Part shown: positions 1 through 11,800 of the stretch, one piece after another
How positions within the stretch are numbered: position 1 is the stretch's first letter
Layout: each line of letters opens with the position of its first letter
From: Oculina patagonica
Taxonomy: Eukaryota
Direction of reading: 5' to 3'
Assembly (NCBI RefSeq): GCF_052425735.1
Contig: NC_135763.1
Span: 36,766,001-36,830,000, forward strand
Length of the DNA: 64,000 bases
Position numbers and translations under genes: made by a program
The notes under the pieces: model-generated
The model's database searches: none
What the model saw: only the letters and a program-made list of their open reading frames with translations
Told to the model about the DNA's origin: nothing

Positions 1-344
1 TTTATGGTCACGTGCTAAAATTATGTCACTCTGTATATATATTATCATAATTAAATGCTAGCTAATTTCCTGTTTCTTTGATTGTCATAATAAACTATCA
101 AAAAGAAGTAACTGATCTATTGAGTTTAACCATTGGTTTCTGGTACAACTCGAAGTCGATATGGAACTGACCAAGAAACCAAGAGATTTTCTCATCGTTC
201 AGTTACACATTCAGTAGGCAAATCAATTTGTTTATGTTCATTAAAAAATCATTTAAATCATTTAGACCTTATAGCTTCCGGCGTCAACAAAACAGCATGA
301 TATCAACTTGTTATCTACTTTCGACAGCTCGTTCTCGATTTATG

Positions 345-557
345 AGATGTGATTGGTCCGTGCAAGGAACCAAAGACAATACCAATACGTTAACTGACTG
401 TGACTGAGAAAGAAAATTTAAATATTCTTACTAGAGTTTTCCCATAGCAAAATCTCTGCAACTGCTTTAAAGGGATTTATAAAGAAGTACTTTCACTGGC
501 TTCTTAAAACACCGTTTTCATTATATGATCCCACTTGTCGCTGATCCACAGTGCTAG
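345..557 (+). promoter_or_regulatory. Putative promoter and non-coding first exon of BCAP-like gene copy 1
   Basis: ATTGG/CCAAT boxes at about 352 and 382. Strong donor TAG|gtaagt at 557/558, conserved in copy 2 (52247/52248). TSS not determinable. Confidence 0.4.
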
Positions 558-2221
558 GTAAGTTGCATGGCTCCTTGAAATGTAATCTCTTCTCATGTGC
601 AAAACCATAAATCAAAACATGTACAACGTTCCGATTATGATGAAATTACTACTTGACACACCGCATGTTAACTGGCCACTAGAGGTCTTACCAAAAGCAG
701 ATTACATCATTACAAACCCCAAGAAAAATAATAAAAGTCTGTTTCACATCGAGAAGCGATTGAATCACTGCATTCATGGCATAGATGCATAGAACCTGCG
801 CTGTACTTCGATCATCGTCGCACGAAGCGACTAGAAGTATTGGCTCTCGTACCCCCTGAATGGAATGCTTTTACAGGTTCGAATAATTAGCCTCGAGTAC
901 ATTTCCTGGTGGGGTTTCTGTACCCATTTACACCCTAGTACTTAACGATAAATGTCGTGTAACTCGACCGTGATTAGTATGATCATTGAGTAACTGGAGT
1001 GAGTCCATTTCAATATTAAAATCAATTTGTATTTAATTTGTCTGATCGAAGAATTGCTGTGTACAACGTCTAATATTGGTGTTGTGTTTACATGTAACAG
1101 TGTGGTCGAATTTATTTTCAATTTTGACGAATTTTGATATTTGGAATTAGCTTCGTCGATTAGAAAGGGCCTGATGCAACAGCCTTTGCAGTTAGTTTGC
1201 AGTTGTTTTTATTTCGGAATCATTGGAGGCTAGGTAGAAAAGGAATTGTACAGTGAACTTTAACGAAACAAAGGGAAACTGTGTATGGTGTTAAGTGGAC
1301 GAAGATAGCACATATATGAGTTAAGTTCATCATAATAATTTTTGAAATGTTGATAACAACAATCATGACACAGAAAGCGAAAACGTACCAGTTTCGAACG
1401 ATAGTTTCGCAAAGCAATATGCATTTGTATTTGAATTCTACATGCACATTTAATACTGGTTTAAGTCGTTAAAACGGAACGATAAAATCTGTTTTTTCAG
1501 CAACTCGAGTGCTGAAGCCGCGATCAATAACTCACTTAACAGTTTAGTGTCATTATTAAATTGAAGTCTGAAGTTATTGACCCGTTTCCTTGAATCGATG
1601 GCCTTATTTTTGTTGTTTATTTTTTTAATGCAAATGATGTCAAACAGAATTGAAAACGTTGCCACTGCGTGTTGTCCGAAAACGCTTAGAATCCTATTTA
1701 AAACAGCTAACAAAAGTTTTGATCAAGAGCATCTTATAAATGACATTGATTTGCATCAAAAGCCGTTTTACTTCATAAATTAAGTCGTGTGGATTAATTA
1801 AGCGGAAGAAGGTCAAATTATGTAACAAAAGTTTCTAAAGTAATGCTCAATTTAATTCGTAAAAATGTGACTCACCGTCAAAATAAACAAAATGCTGAAC
1901 GAATTACTGCTGTTTCCGTCACGATGTAAATAGACTGACCCATTTTAGTGTACATTGCTTTCGAATCAGCATAAAATTGAATTACTATTTTAAGTCGGGC
2001 CAAGGTTGGCATTTTCGATTCATATTTAACTTCAATAAGCATTCAGTTATGAAAAAACACTGTACAGGAATGAATGTGTGGCTGCAGACTATTAAATAAA
2101 GTGAAGTAAAAAAACAAGTAGGTAGATGTTGAACATAAAAGAGACTGAGTCACAATTAAGGCCATTTCTGTCAATGATGCGTAAAATTACTTTACTTGAC
2201 GCAAACGTCAACACAATACAG

Positions 2222-2700
2222 TTAAACACCCTAAATTTAGCTCAAAGTGCTTATAACTCAAAAACGAATCCGTTGACCCCCATGTTTTATTATTGAATAA
2301 TGATTGACATGTTTTAAAAATACAAGTTTTTGCAAAGTTAAAAAAATTCTCTGGAGTGGTTTCAGAGCCACCTTTACCATCGCTCGGCAGAATTTTTTTC
2401 CTATTTTGCAAAAACTTGCATTTTAGCATGCTGATCATAACTCAATAATACAAATCGGGGTCACTGGACTCGTTTTTGAGTTATAAGCACTTTATAGAGC
2501 TAAAATTAAGGGTGTTTTACAGCTTAAACCGTTGCTATGGCTAGCAGTGACGTCAAGAAAAATAACCACAATTTGTTTCATAATGATTGGGCATTTGATT
2601 GATATCATTTTTGTAGTGGGAACTGATAAATGTTTGTAGTGGTGACCCATCAAATTATAAAAGCTGGAATATACTGAAAACGGTTTTTAATTTAGCCTCC
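2222..2700. mobile_element. Partial MITE/non-autonomous DNA element with internal inverted repeat, present only in copy 1
   Basis: aaacaccctaaatttagctc..gtgcttataactcaaaaacga (~2224-2270) is inverted at ~2468-2518. A different sequence occupies the equivalent position in copy 2. Confidence 0.5.
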
Positions 2701-2855
2701 ATAAATCATAAATACAATGATGGTTGATATTGGGTCGGGGAATGGGGTGGACTCATTTTCTGTGTAAGAGTTCATCTTTTCCTTATTGTCCCTTTCTATT
2801 ACAGTGAGGATCATTAAAACAACAAAAACATTTTGTTAAAAGCAACGATTACAAT

Positions 2856-5800
2856 ATGGAGGAGGATACGGAATGCATATATGGTATGAACACCACATCA
2901 ATAACTCAATGAGATTCATTCACTTTATTTGTCCCTTTTGTAGTCTGACCATGTCTAAAATAATAAGTGTTTTCCTTTTTACGCACAGAGATAGCCACAA
3001 TCACACTATTCCTTCAACCAAATCGACTGAAAGGGAATTTTTCCGGCCAAACTAATCGAAAGCTATCAATCTCAATCAAACACGGAATAAAAAACGGTTA
3101 GAAAAATGTTCTACTTGAACTCTTCGACCAAATCAATCAAAACCAGTCACTGGTTGATATTGGTTTTGATTACGAGTTAGAGATTTGTGTTAGCCTTAGC
3201 AGAATTACGTGAACTTGCAGTCTGTTTTCAGTCAATGAAAATCGAGATACAAAGTATGGATAACGCAAAATTATCAATTCTCGAAGGATAAACACGTTCT
3301 TGGTTAGCAATTTAAACGGTAATAAGACTTATAACCATTCAGTGTTTTCCGATATTTGCAGATGAGGTCAGGCAGCTGGTTGCTGTGTCCCCAAACAAGA
3401 CACAATATGATGTAAGAAATAAACCAATAAATAAAATGTTTGCCTACAAATATAATTTTAAGCCTTCTCTTCCTGCATTTTTGTTCTTATAATGACGTTG
3501 TATTGGTTTAGTTATTGGGGAGGAGCCCATGATGGTTATGACAACTAGCTCCCCTCTCAGATTGTGGGTCGGTTATGTGACCAATTAAGCAAACCATGTG
3601 TAATGGTCCTAAAAGATTTGGAGAATCTTTCCTAGTTTCCGCACCTGGTTCTCGGACACATGAAGTAAACAAACGTGATTTCATTAATACTTTTAAAGGG
3701 GAAAGGAGCTAAAAGCGCTCCCTCTTTACCTCCGAAAGTAAATAACCTACACGTATGATAATGATAATAGAACGCATTCAAAATGTTTATGACATTTTTG
3801 TTGTCTTATTTTTATATATTCAAATCGTCGTGGATTCTGTACTTATTGTAAAAAAAAATCGAAAATAATAATGGAAAGATGAAAAAAAACGAAACTGTAA
3901 AGATTTTATTTTTCGATTTATATCAATTTTTGGTCTAAATGAAATTTTGATTAAAGCAGCTTTAATTACAATAAAATATGTTTAGGGGCCAACTTAAAAT
4001 AAAGTTGACCTTATTCCATATATGATGAATATTTTCAACAGTCAAAAGAGAGTGTGTTGTTCATCTTCAACAAGCCGTTACTCGTGAATGGTGGCCCTTA
4101 TGAAGTAGAGTTCAGAGGAGAGAGCCATTGCTTAAAAGTGCCCGCTGTCTTACTGAACAGCTGTGTTATTCAAACCCATGCGCCAGGTAGGTATAATTAA
4201 GGTGATTCCTCGGAAATTTAAGTTGTTGAGGGTTTTATTGAAACTTTCCCTGAATGTTTCCTACTAAGCACTGTTTCAAAAAAGTACAATAAATAGGTAG
4301 GTCACAATGCTCGCAAAAGAGATATGATGGGCCAATCTTGCCCTTTATGCCTGTACGTCCTGGTAGGAATCACGCGCGTCATTTCGTCGGGTCCACATTA
4401 CGTTTTGCGGTAGCTGGAAGCAAATATTATCAAAGTAACACTAAAAAAACTTGACAGTTTTCCCTTCCCTTTTCTATACTCCAATTTGTAAAATCCCTAC
4501 CCTTTTATACACTTACAGCCTGAAAAAGCCACCACCCCCTTCCAGGGCGGAGCCTCCCCGTATGGTCCACTATATGGAGCTCCCCCCGGGGGCTTCCGTT
4601 GTACAGAGGTTGTGGCTTATTACTTGATAAATACAGTAACATTGCATTCATTTCCTGTTCTGATGATGTTTATCTTGCAGTTTACTTTCCTCCCGAGACA
4701 ACCATTGTTACCGTATATGACAAAGTCAAACCCCACGAGCCTTTCGTTGCACGATGTACCTTTGAGTTTTTCTCGCGGAGTCAAGTTGTCGAGGAACTGT
4801 TGGACAAAGCTACAGATCCACAGCAGCTACTTTGTGATTCGCTTGGGGCTTCAACGTGTAATATAAAAATGTTTGACGAGGTCATTGCTCGTAAAATTCA
4901 ACAAAAGTCTCCCCATGAGTTTCATTTGCTTGAGATTCCTCAAACTGGACAAGCAGAAGGTTGGTTTTGCATCATGATAATAGTAACAGGAGGAAAGTCC
5001 AAAACCTGTTATTATAACACAGTGCTGAGCGCTTTGAAAATAATAACAATCCAAAAATGTAGTTTCCACGTCTAATTAATTCTTATTTTTTTTATATTTA
5101 TATTTTTTTCCTTATTTTCCATGACAACTAAGTTAAGAGCGGCTTTCTTTGTGTCGAAGTTATTCGCATTTGCTTTGGTTTAATTAACAGCGCTTAGTGA
5201 TTGGGTTTTTTGTTTTAGTTCTACGAAACTCAAGTGAAAACCGTTCTATCCTCAGCTGATCGATTTTAGTGATGTCTTAGGTTATTGACAACTCATAAAC
5301 ACATTTTAATCTTCAGGCGTTGTGGCCAAGAGATCAATTTTTTCATTGCACAATTTCTTATCAGTTCAAGTTAATGTCTTAAACGTACCCCTTAATCTCA
5401 TTTTTCAACGAAGGCCCCGTGGCCCAATGGATAAGGCATCTGACTACGAATCAGGGGATTCCAGGTTCAAGTCCTGGCGGGGTCGCTTAATATTTTTAAT
5501 TCTTTTTTAATTTTTTTTTCTCTCTCTTTGCAAGGACGTAATATTCACAAAATATAAAACATGCTCAGATGATTTCTTTTGGTTCAAAATTACACTGGCA
5601 TCAATAGGTTCCAAAACACAAAGGCTCTATAAACGCCGAACAACTTTCAATTTTTCTGTCCTTTTTTGTTTGCTCATCAAGTTAGTAGCTTTTAAGGTAT
5701 TAAAGAAGCCTCATTATTTCGTCTCCAAATAGGAGCCTTTTTTGAGAGAAATAAGAAGTTCGGACACTCAAATAGCAGAAATAGCTCATGATTTTTAAAA

Positions 5801-8800
5801 CCTGCCAAAATTCCTTGAGCTAAATGGTTTCAACCCACCCACACCCCCACAAATCAGTCACTAAAAGATAATTTTTCAAACTGAAGAAAATTATTACAGC
5901 CGGTAACCATATTATATGACATTGCTTATAATGTGATGTCGTGTTTTTAACAAGCAAAGTCACTTTTTAATCAATTTCAGCTCAATCGAACACCAAGTAT
6001 CCCACCCTTATTCACTTTGGAGCTGCCCATAGACTTCCGCTAACCGTAGCCGCGTGCCTGCGGTACTGCCCAGCGGCACGACAGGCATGCGCACTCAAGA
6101 ATAAAGACGGCATGTGTCCAAAGGAACTAGCAGTAAAGCATGAACATTATGAGCTATCGGAAGATCTTCAAGATTTTCAGGTAAATTTGCAGTTTTGAAA
6201 GAGTTTATTCCAGCTATTGGGTAGATTGTTTACAGTCCTCTGTTTCTTATAATGCATACTTTCTATGGCCGCTATCTTCAGCTTCATCTTTGATCTTGGA
6301 TTCATAGGGTGAGCGCAACCTGGAGAAAATACTAAATTCACCGAGAGTACTAAGCCTACCCCCCTCGGTAGAGTTGGTACCCTCTCCAGATTGCGCTGTA
6401 GAATGCGTATCACTTACATGTAGTATGCGTAATAACTCTAACAAGGCGAACTACTCGATAAAAATAAACTTTTTTGTAGTAGATAAAATATGAGCAGGAG
6501 ATCTGTATAGGCGTTTACAATGGCGAGCCGATAGACGAGCCATTGTTAACGGCCATGCAGATCGGACGCGAATATTTTATTTTACTGTAAAATGAAAACA
6601 ATAAATTGAATGCAAAGTATTGTTATGCGATTCGGTAGAGATCTGTATCAAAAGTTAATGAATACTAATTAGTTGAGCAGGAGTTTGTATCAAAGGTTAA
6701 TTCTATGATTGGATTTGTATTGGGGTTTACAGTTGTGTACATGTGATCCGAATACTCGCTGGGATTGGTTTGCACCCGCGTGAATAGTTAATGAATTTTA
6801 CAAGGGAATTTAAAGCAAATATATAAACATTTTCTGCCATCTGGTTGCTAATTGTGTTGAATCACTGCGAGTTTAATGCGCGGCTTTGGTTATTAAAAAA
6901 GTAAAATACACTTATTTTATGTTTCTCTTTCGCTTCGAATTCCTTTTTTTATATTTTACAATTATTCACCGACACTGAGGTGAACAATTGTTTTAGTACA
7001 TACCACACAAGTTGAATAAAAAGCGGTCCAAAACAAGCCCTTTCGGTAAACAAAGCGACACGCGAAGGCAGTTTGTTTCTCTTTAGCTGCTCGGAGGTGA
7101 ATAGTACTTTGCTATTCACTTCCGAGTTAATCAATCAGCGCGCGAAAAGCACTATTCACTTGTGTGGTATAAGCTAATATATGTTAAGTGTCTTAATCTC
7201 TTAATATTTATTTTATAGGTATAATAAATGAATCATGTTTAAATAACTGATATACCTCAGAAAACATTAACTCGAATCTCCTATATTTATTTCTTTTTTT
7301 AGTCAAACGAACAAAGCTATCTCAAAAATAAAACCCAATCAACAGAATTGGCAGTTAATAACTGTAATGATGAGGAGAATGAGGAGGAGTATATAATGAT
7401 GGGTCCCAAGTTGGCTCTCGATGATTCTGATAGACAATATGACAATATTAAGACGTCTGGGGCTGGAATCAGCAAAAAGGGTAAGCTGTATTAAATGAAG
7501 GTAGAAAACCGAACAATGATGCTCTCAAAATGCAATCAATTCAATATTCCTGTCTCAAATATTTGCAACAATATTGGCTCAAAAGGTCACCTTTGTCTGG
7601 TTAGAAGATTGTCACATTATAACTCATCAGTTGCGATGTTGCAATGTCATTCACATAAGATCAGGATTTGTCATTGATTGTAGAGCGATTTTTACTTTAT
7701 CTGATTAACTAAAAGTAATCCAGAATTGCATCGCACTTGGTTTTGCACTGCTTCAATGGAACACCTTTTTTCGGGACATCTCCGTTAGTTAGCCCTGTTA
7801 TGCCGCAAAATGTAATACTAACGCAAAATGTAATAACAATCGCCGCAAAATGTAATAATATTGACGCAAAATGTAATAAAGTTATTAACGCAACATGTAA
7901 TAGCTTTTTAACGCAAAATGTAATAAATTTATTAACGCAACATGTAATAGCTTTTTAACGCAAAATGTAATAAATTTTCTAACGCATAATGTAATGACGC
8001 AAAATGTAGTAGCCCTTAAATAACATGCCTGTTTCATGAATTAAGCAAATTGTATTCAATAATGTACCTCGTGTAAGTTAACAAAGACCAAATAGGAACT
8101 GTCCTCCCCGAAGCCCTATTTCTTTCCGGCAGGTACTTATTGGAGTTAGGAATTTTGTACCTCCTCAAACCACACTGTCCTTTTAGATCGGATTATAAGG
8201 AGTAGATGGAGCCTTTAATCATTTTTGTTGGAGCAGATTAAAAATCCCCCCCCCCCCCCTTCCAATTCGCAATAATGGCAAAAGAGATACAAGCAAATAG
8301 TCTTCGTTTTCAACGCCATTTTTTCCACCCACCAAAACAAGCACTTTAGCACTAGCGTCAATATTTGTGTATTATCGCATTGAATAAATATACTGTAATT
8401 GAGCAGTTTTGCAATACTTTGACCTCTGCCTTTTCGAGTGAATTTGGGAAATATAAAAAAACACCCACTGATTTCATAATATTATCGATTCAAGTGTTTC
8501 ATTTCATTTCATTTCAAACCTAAAATACTTTTCTTTTTGGTCTGTTTTGTCGAGGAATATCCTGTTGATTACTTCGAAGGCGGAGAATTAGTAGGTGAAG
8601 GATAAACTCAAAAGAACGCTTAATAAAACATTCGCCATTTTACACCGAGCACACGGTAGGACTAAAAAAGACCACAAAGTGTCAGGGTTAAATTCAGAAT
8701 CACGCGCAAGCGTACTCGAAGCCCTGATCAGCACTGATCAACATGCAAGTTAAGTTAAACCGGGGTTTTGTTAAAGCAAATCAGTGGTATGCCTATAATG

Positions 8801-11800
8801 CTGAACTCGCGCAAAACCAACAAAAAGTTTATGTCACTGAGTTTTGCTAAACGATTTCGAAATATATATAAATTTTAGAGTTATTACACTTTGCGTTATT
8901 ACATAACGCGTTAGAAAATTTAGTACATTTTGCATTAGAAAGTTGTTACATTTTGCGTTAGCAATATATTACATGTTGCGTCAATTTTATTACATTTTGC
9001 GTTATTATTACATTTTGCGGCGATTGTTATTACATTTTGCGTTAGTATTACATTTTGCGGCGATTATTACATTTTGCGGAGTAACAACCCCTGTTCGTTC
9101 GCAGCTCAAATCAACGTTCATCAGGACTTGATCAATATGTGCTCATATAAGGGTGGAGAAAGGGACTTCTTGGCCTCCCTAAAAAATCCCGCATCAAGTG
9201 ACGTTATCACCATGCAGGATCGTATAGGGCAGCGATATTAAAGCCGGTTTTCTTTTTAACTGATACCCGTGCGTTATTCCGCAGACATAACCATGACTCC
9301 TGAACTTTGGAAAGCAATTTTCATAGCAGAACAGGCTGTAAATGAAAGCTGGAGGAATAGTGAGCTCGGCGAAGAAACAGCAAAAGCATTCAGTCAGCTG
9401 ATTCAGAAGAGCGCTAGAGAGGTAATCACAGACAAACGAACTGGAACTTCTTCTATTATTTCAATAGAGTTCTACTGTTTTCACTAGCCCTTCTTCTGCT
9501 ACTTGTTTTTTTTTGTTTTGTTTTGTTGTGTTTAGAGTTTGATATAGTTCGAAATATGTCCTCAAACTTTACGTAGGCGTATTGCCTCATTCACCGTTTT
9601 CTCTTGCCCCCTTCGTACAAACTTGCATTGAAAATAAACAAACCTAAATCTCTATGTATGGCTCCATAATCTTCGTTTTATGAGCTTTTATAAGCTATAA
9701 CCATCGCCTCCAGAGGCGAGCTTATCATTTTCCCCTCCTGGCCACTCCCGGCCTATGACAACCTTGATCGTCTCCTCCCCCGCTTCTCGTATATAGTTCC
9801 CCTCGTATAAAAAGTCCCCCGTCGTGTATAAAATTTGGATAAAATTTAACACTTTTTAAAACTAATATGATACTTTACTCCACCATATCGAAAATGCCCT
9901 GATTGTTATTTTGGCCTGTCAAATGATTTTTATTTGCCAGCACCGGGTTATTTTGTGTTTTTCCTTTTGCAGCATAACACCGACTCGTCGCTGACGTATG
10001 ATGTGCCACGTGTAACAGGACCTGCCTTGCCGCCTAAATCCAACCGTTCGACCAATAAACGGCATTCGATACGGTATATTCCTAGGCCTAGCTGCGCTCC
10101 TCCTCTGCCTCCAAGGTCTCCAAGGTCCCCCAGATCAGCACAATTCTTTTTGGGTATGTAGAGGAGCTACAGTGAAATCCGAGTTTTCAAACGTCAAATA
10201 CTCAAGTCTCAAACGTCAAACACTCAAGTTGTGAAACTTCCCGATAACCCGAGCCCAAAGTTGCCAAAAGTTGTCTCTTTTGGACTGCTTTACTCAGTCG
10301 AAAACTGTTAAGTAATTTTACCCCCTATTTCCCGGGCCAATTTTCGTTTTCCTTGGAGGCTAAAGAAATCGACATTTCACTGAGCGTCACAATATTCACA
10401 ATAAATAGAACCTGCACTGAAATTTTTGTCAAAATTTGCCATTGATTGTTTCATTACAGGAAGTCCACGTAATATTTGAAATAAAACTGGGGGTGCCTAA
10501 GATCGTTTAGGAGCAATAGGACCTCGTTTATACTCAATAAATCCTTATAATATCACCATGATTGTAGTCACGATGACTTGCTAAATTGACGTTTCCGACG
10601 ATTATTTCTTATTCTACACTGAGAATTTGTCCATATTTATTCTACAAAAAGAGAGTTTTTACTCAATTTCAAACAACAGGTCACCGTACCCGTTTACGAG
10701 AAAATTACGATTTACCTCTCTGGCGAAGGTCCAGCCGTAAAGAAAAAGCCGCCATTTTTTAGCAGGCGCGGGCTAATCACGCGTGAAATTATGCGCAGTA
10801 GGGATGCGCAATGCAATACTGAGGAATAACCTCAAGTCATTTTTCTTGCCTTTAAAATAATTGTTGGCGTTGGTCATGAGCTTTAGACCTCGAGCCTATA
10901 CGCGGGTGTTGTATCGCAGGGCCTCTCTATAACCAGATGTATAAATGGGCACAGTCAAATTTTTTGTAGTCGTTTAATCGCACAAACATTTCATCCAGGG
11001 GAGAAGTAGAACTCCTTTTCAAGTCGCTTTATCATGCTGTGAAAGCCGGTGTTAAATTACTCAATTAAGTTCAGGCTGTATGCGAACATACCTATAAGCT
11101 ATTAAAATAGCATAAATTTACTTCTTTACCCCTTTAATGAAGAGATAGGATATGCAGAATTTGACAGCTTTCTCGTGTGTAATGTGCCGGCGGAAACATT
11201 TGTTTTAGTAATACTGACTTGCATTGTTTTAACTGTATTATGCAACTAAATATTTCAGACGATCTGGGACTAAGTGATAGACGTGATAGACGTGATAGAC
11301 GTGATAGACGTGGATCAGATCCCAATGTAAGTTCACCTGAATCTAATGGCTGTTTATGTTTCATTCCGAAGACGTTTAGCCTAAACTTCGTCGAAATATT
11401 AAATAAGAGCGATTGTCAGAGAATATCGAGAATTTTGCCCAAATAACCCTTTTAGTGAACTATTTTCAAAAAAGGCAATAAAAGGTTCCGATTTCTTTTA
11501 CTTTTTTCAAACTTCGATAAAGTTGAAAATTGGCCCGCAACGGAGGCCATGAGGGGGGAAATTTGAGGCATATTCAACACGCTCGTGTAGACAAACCAAA
11601 CAGTGCCTTAACATATCCTTTACACTGTTTGTTAGGCATCTCTTAAAGTTTTTTCTGTACTAAATTGTTTTCCATTTGTTTCCTTTTTAAAAAGTTATAA
11701 TCTTCTACAAGAGGCCTACCATAAGCGTCTTAACGATACGTCAAATATTGTAAAACTTCGACCTTCACTTCGACCTTCACTTCAAGCTGACAATCTCTTT

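Larger units (their letters stand above)
1..7530. repeat. Segmental/tandem duplication copy 1 (paralogous to 51690-64000)
   Basis: Position 1 tttatggtcacgtgctaaaa recurs at 51690. Collinear similarity continues through promoter, six coding exons, tRNA and introns to the window end, interrupted by copy-specific TEs. Confidence 0.95.

Noticed and set aside
6177-6444. Minus-strand ORFs conserved in both copies (also 61987-62175)
   Set aside because: They overlie a short inverted repeat (gcgcaacctgg/ccagattgcgc) typical of a MITE remnant. Stops differ between copies, and similarity is explained by the duplication.
7737-9131. ORFs with TQNVI / LHFA repeats; array superficially CRISPR-like
   Set aside because: Translations of MITE subterminal repeats. 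No unique spacers or cas genes, and the context is eukaryotic.
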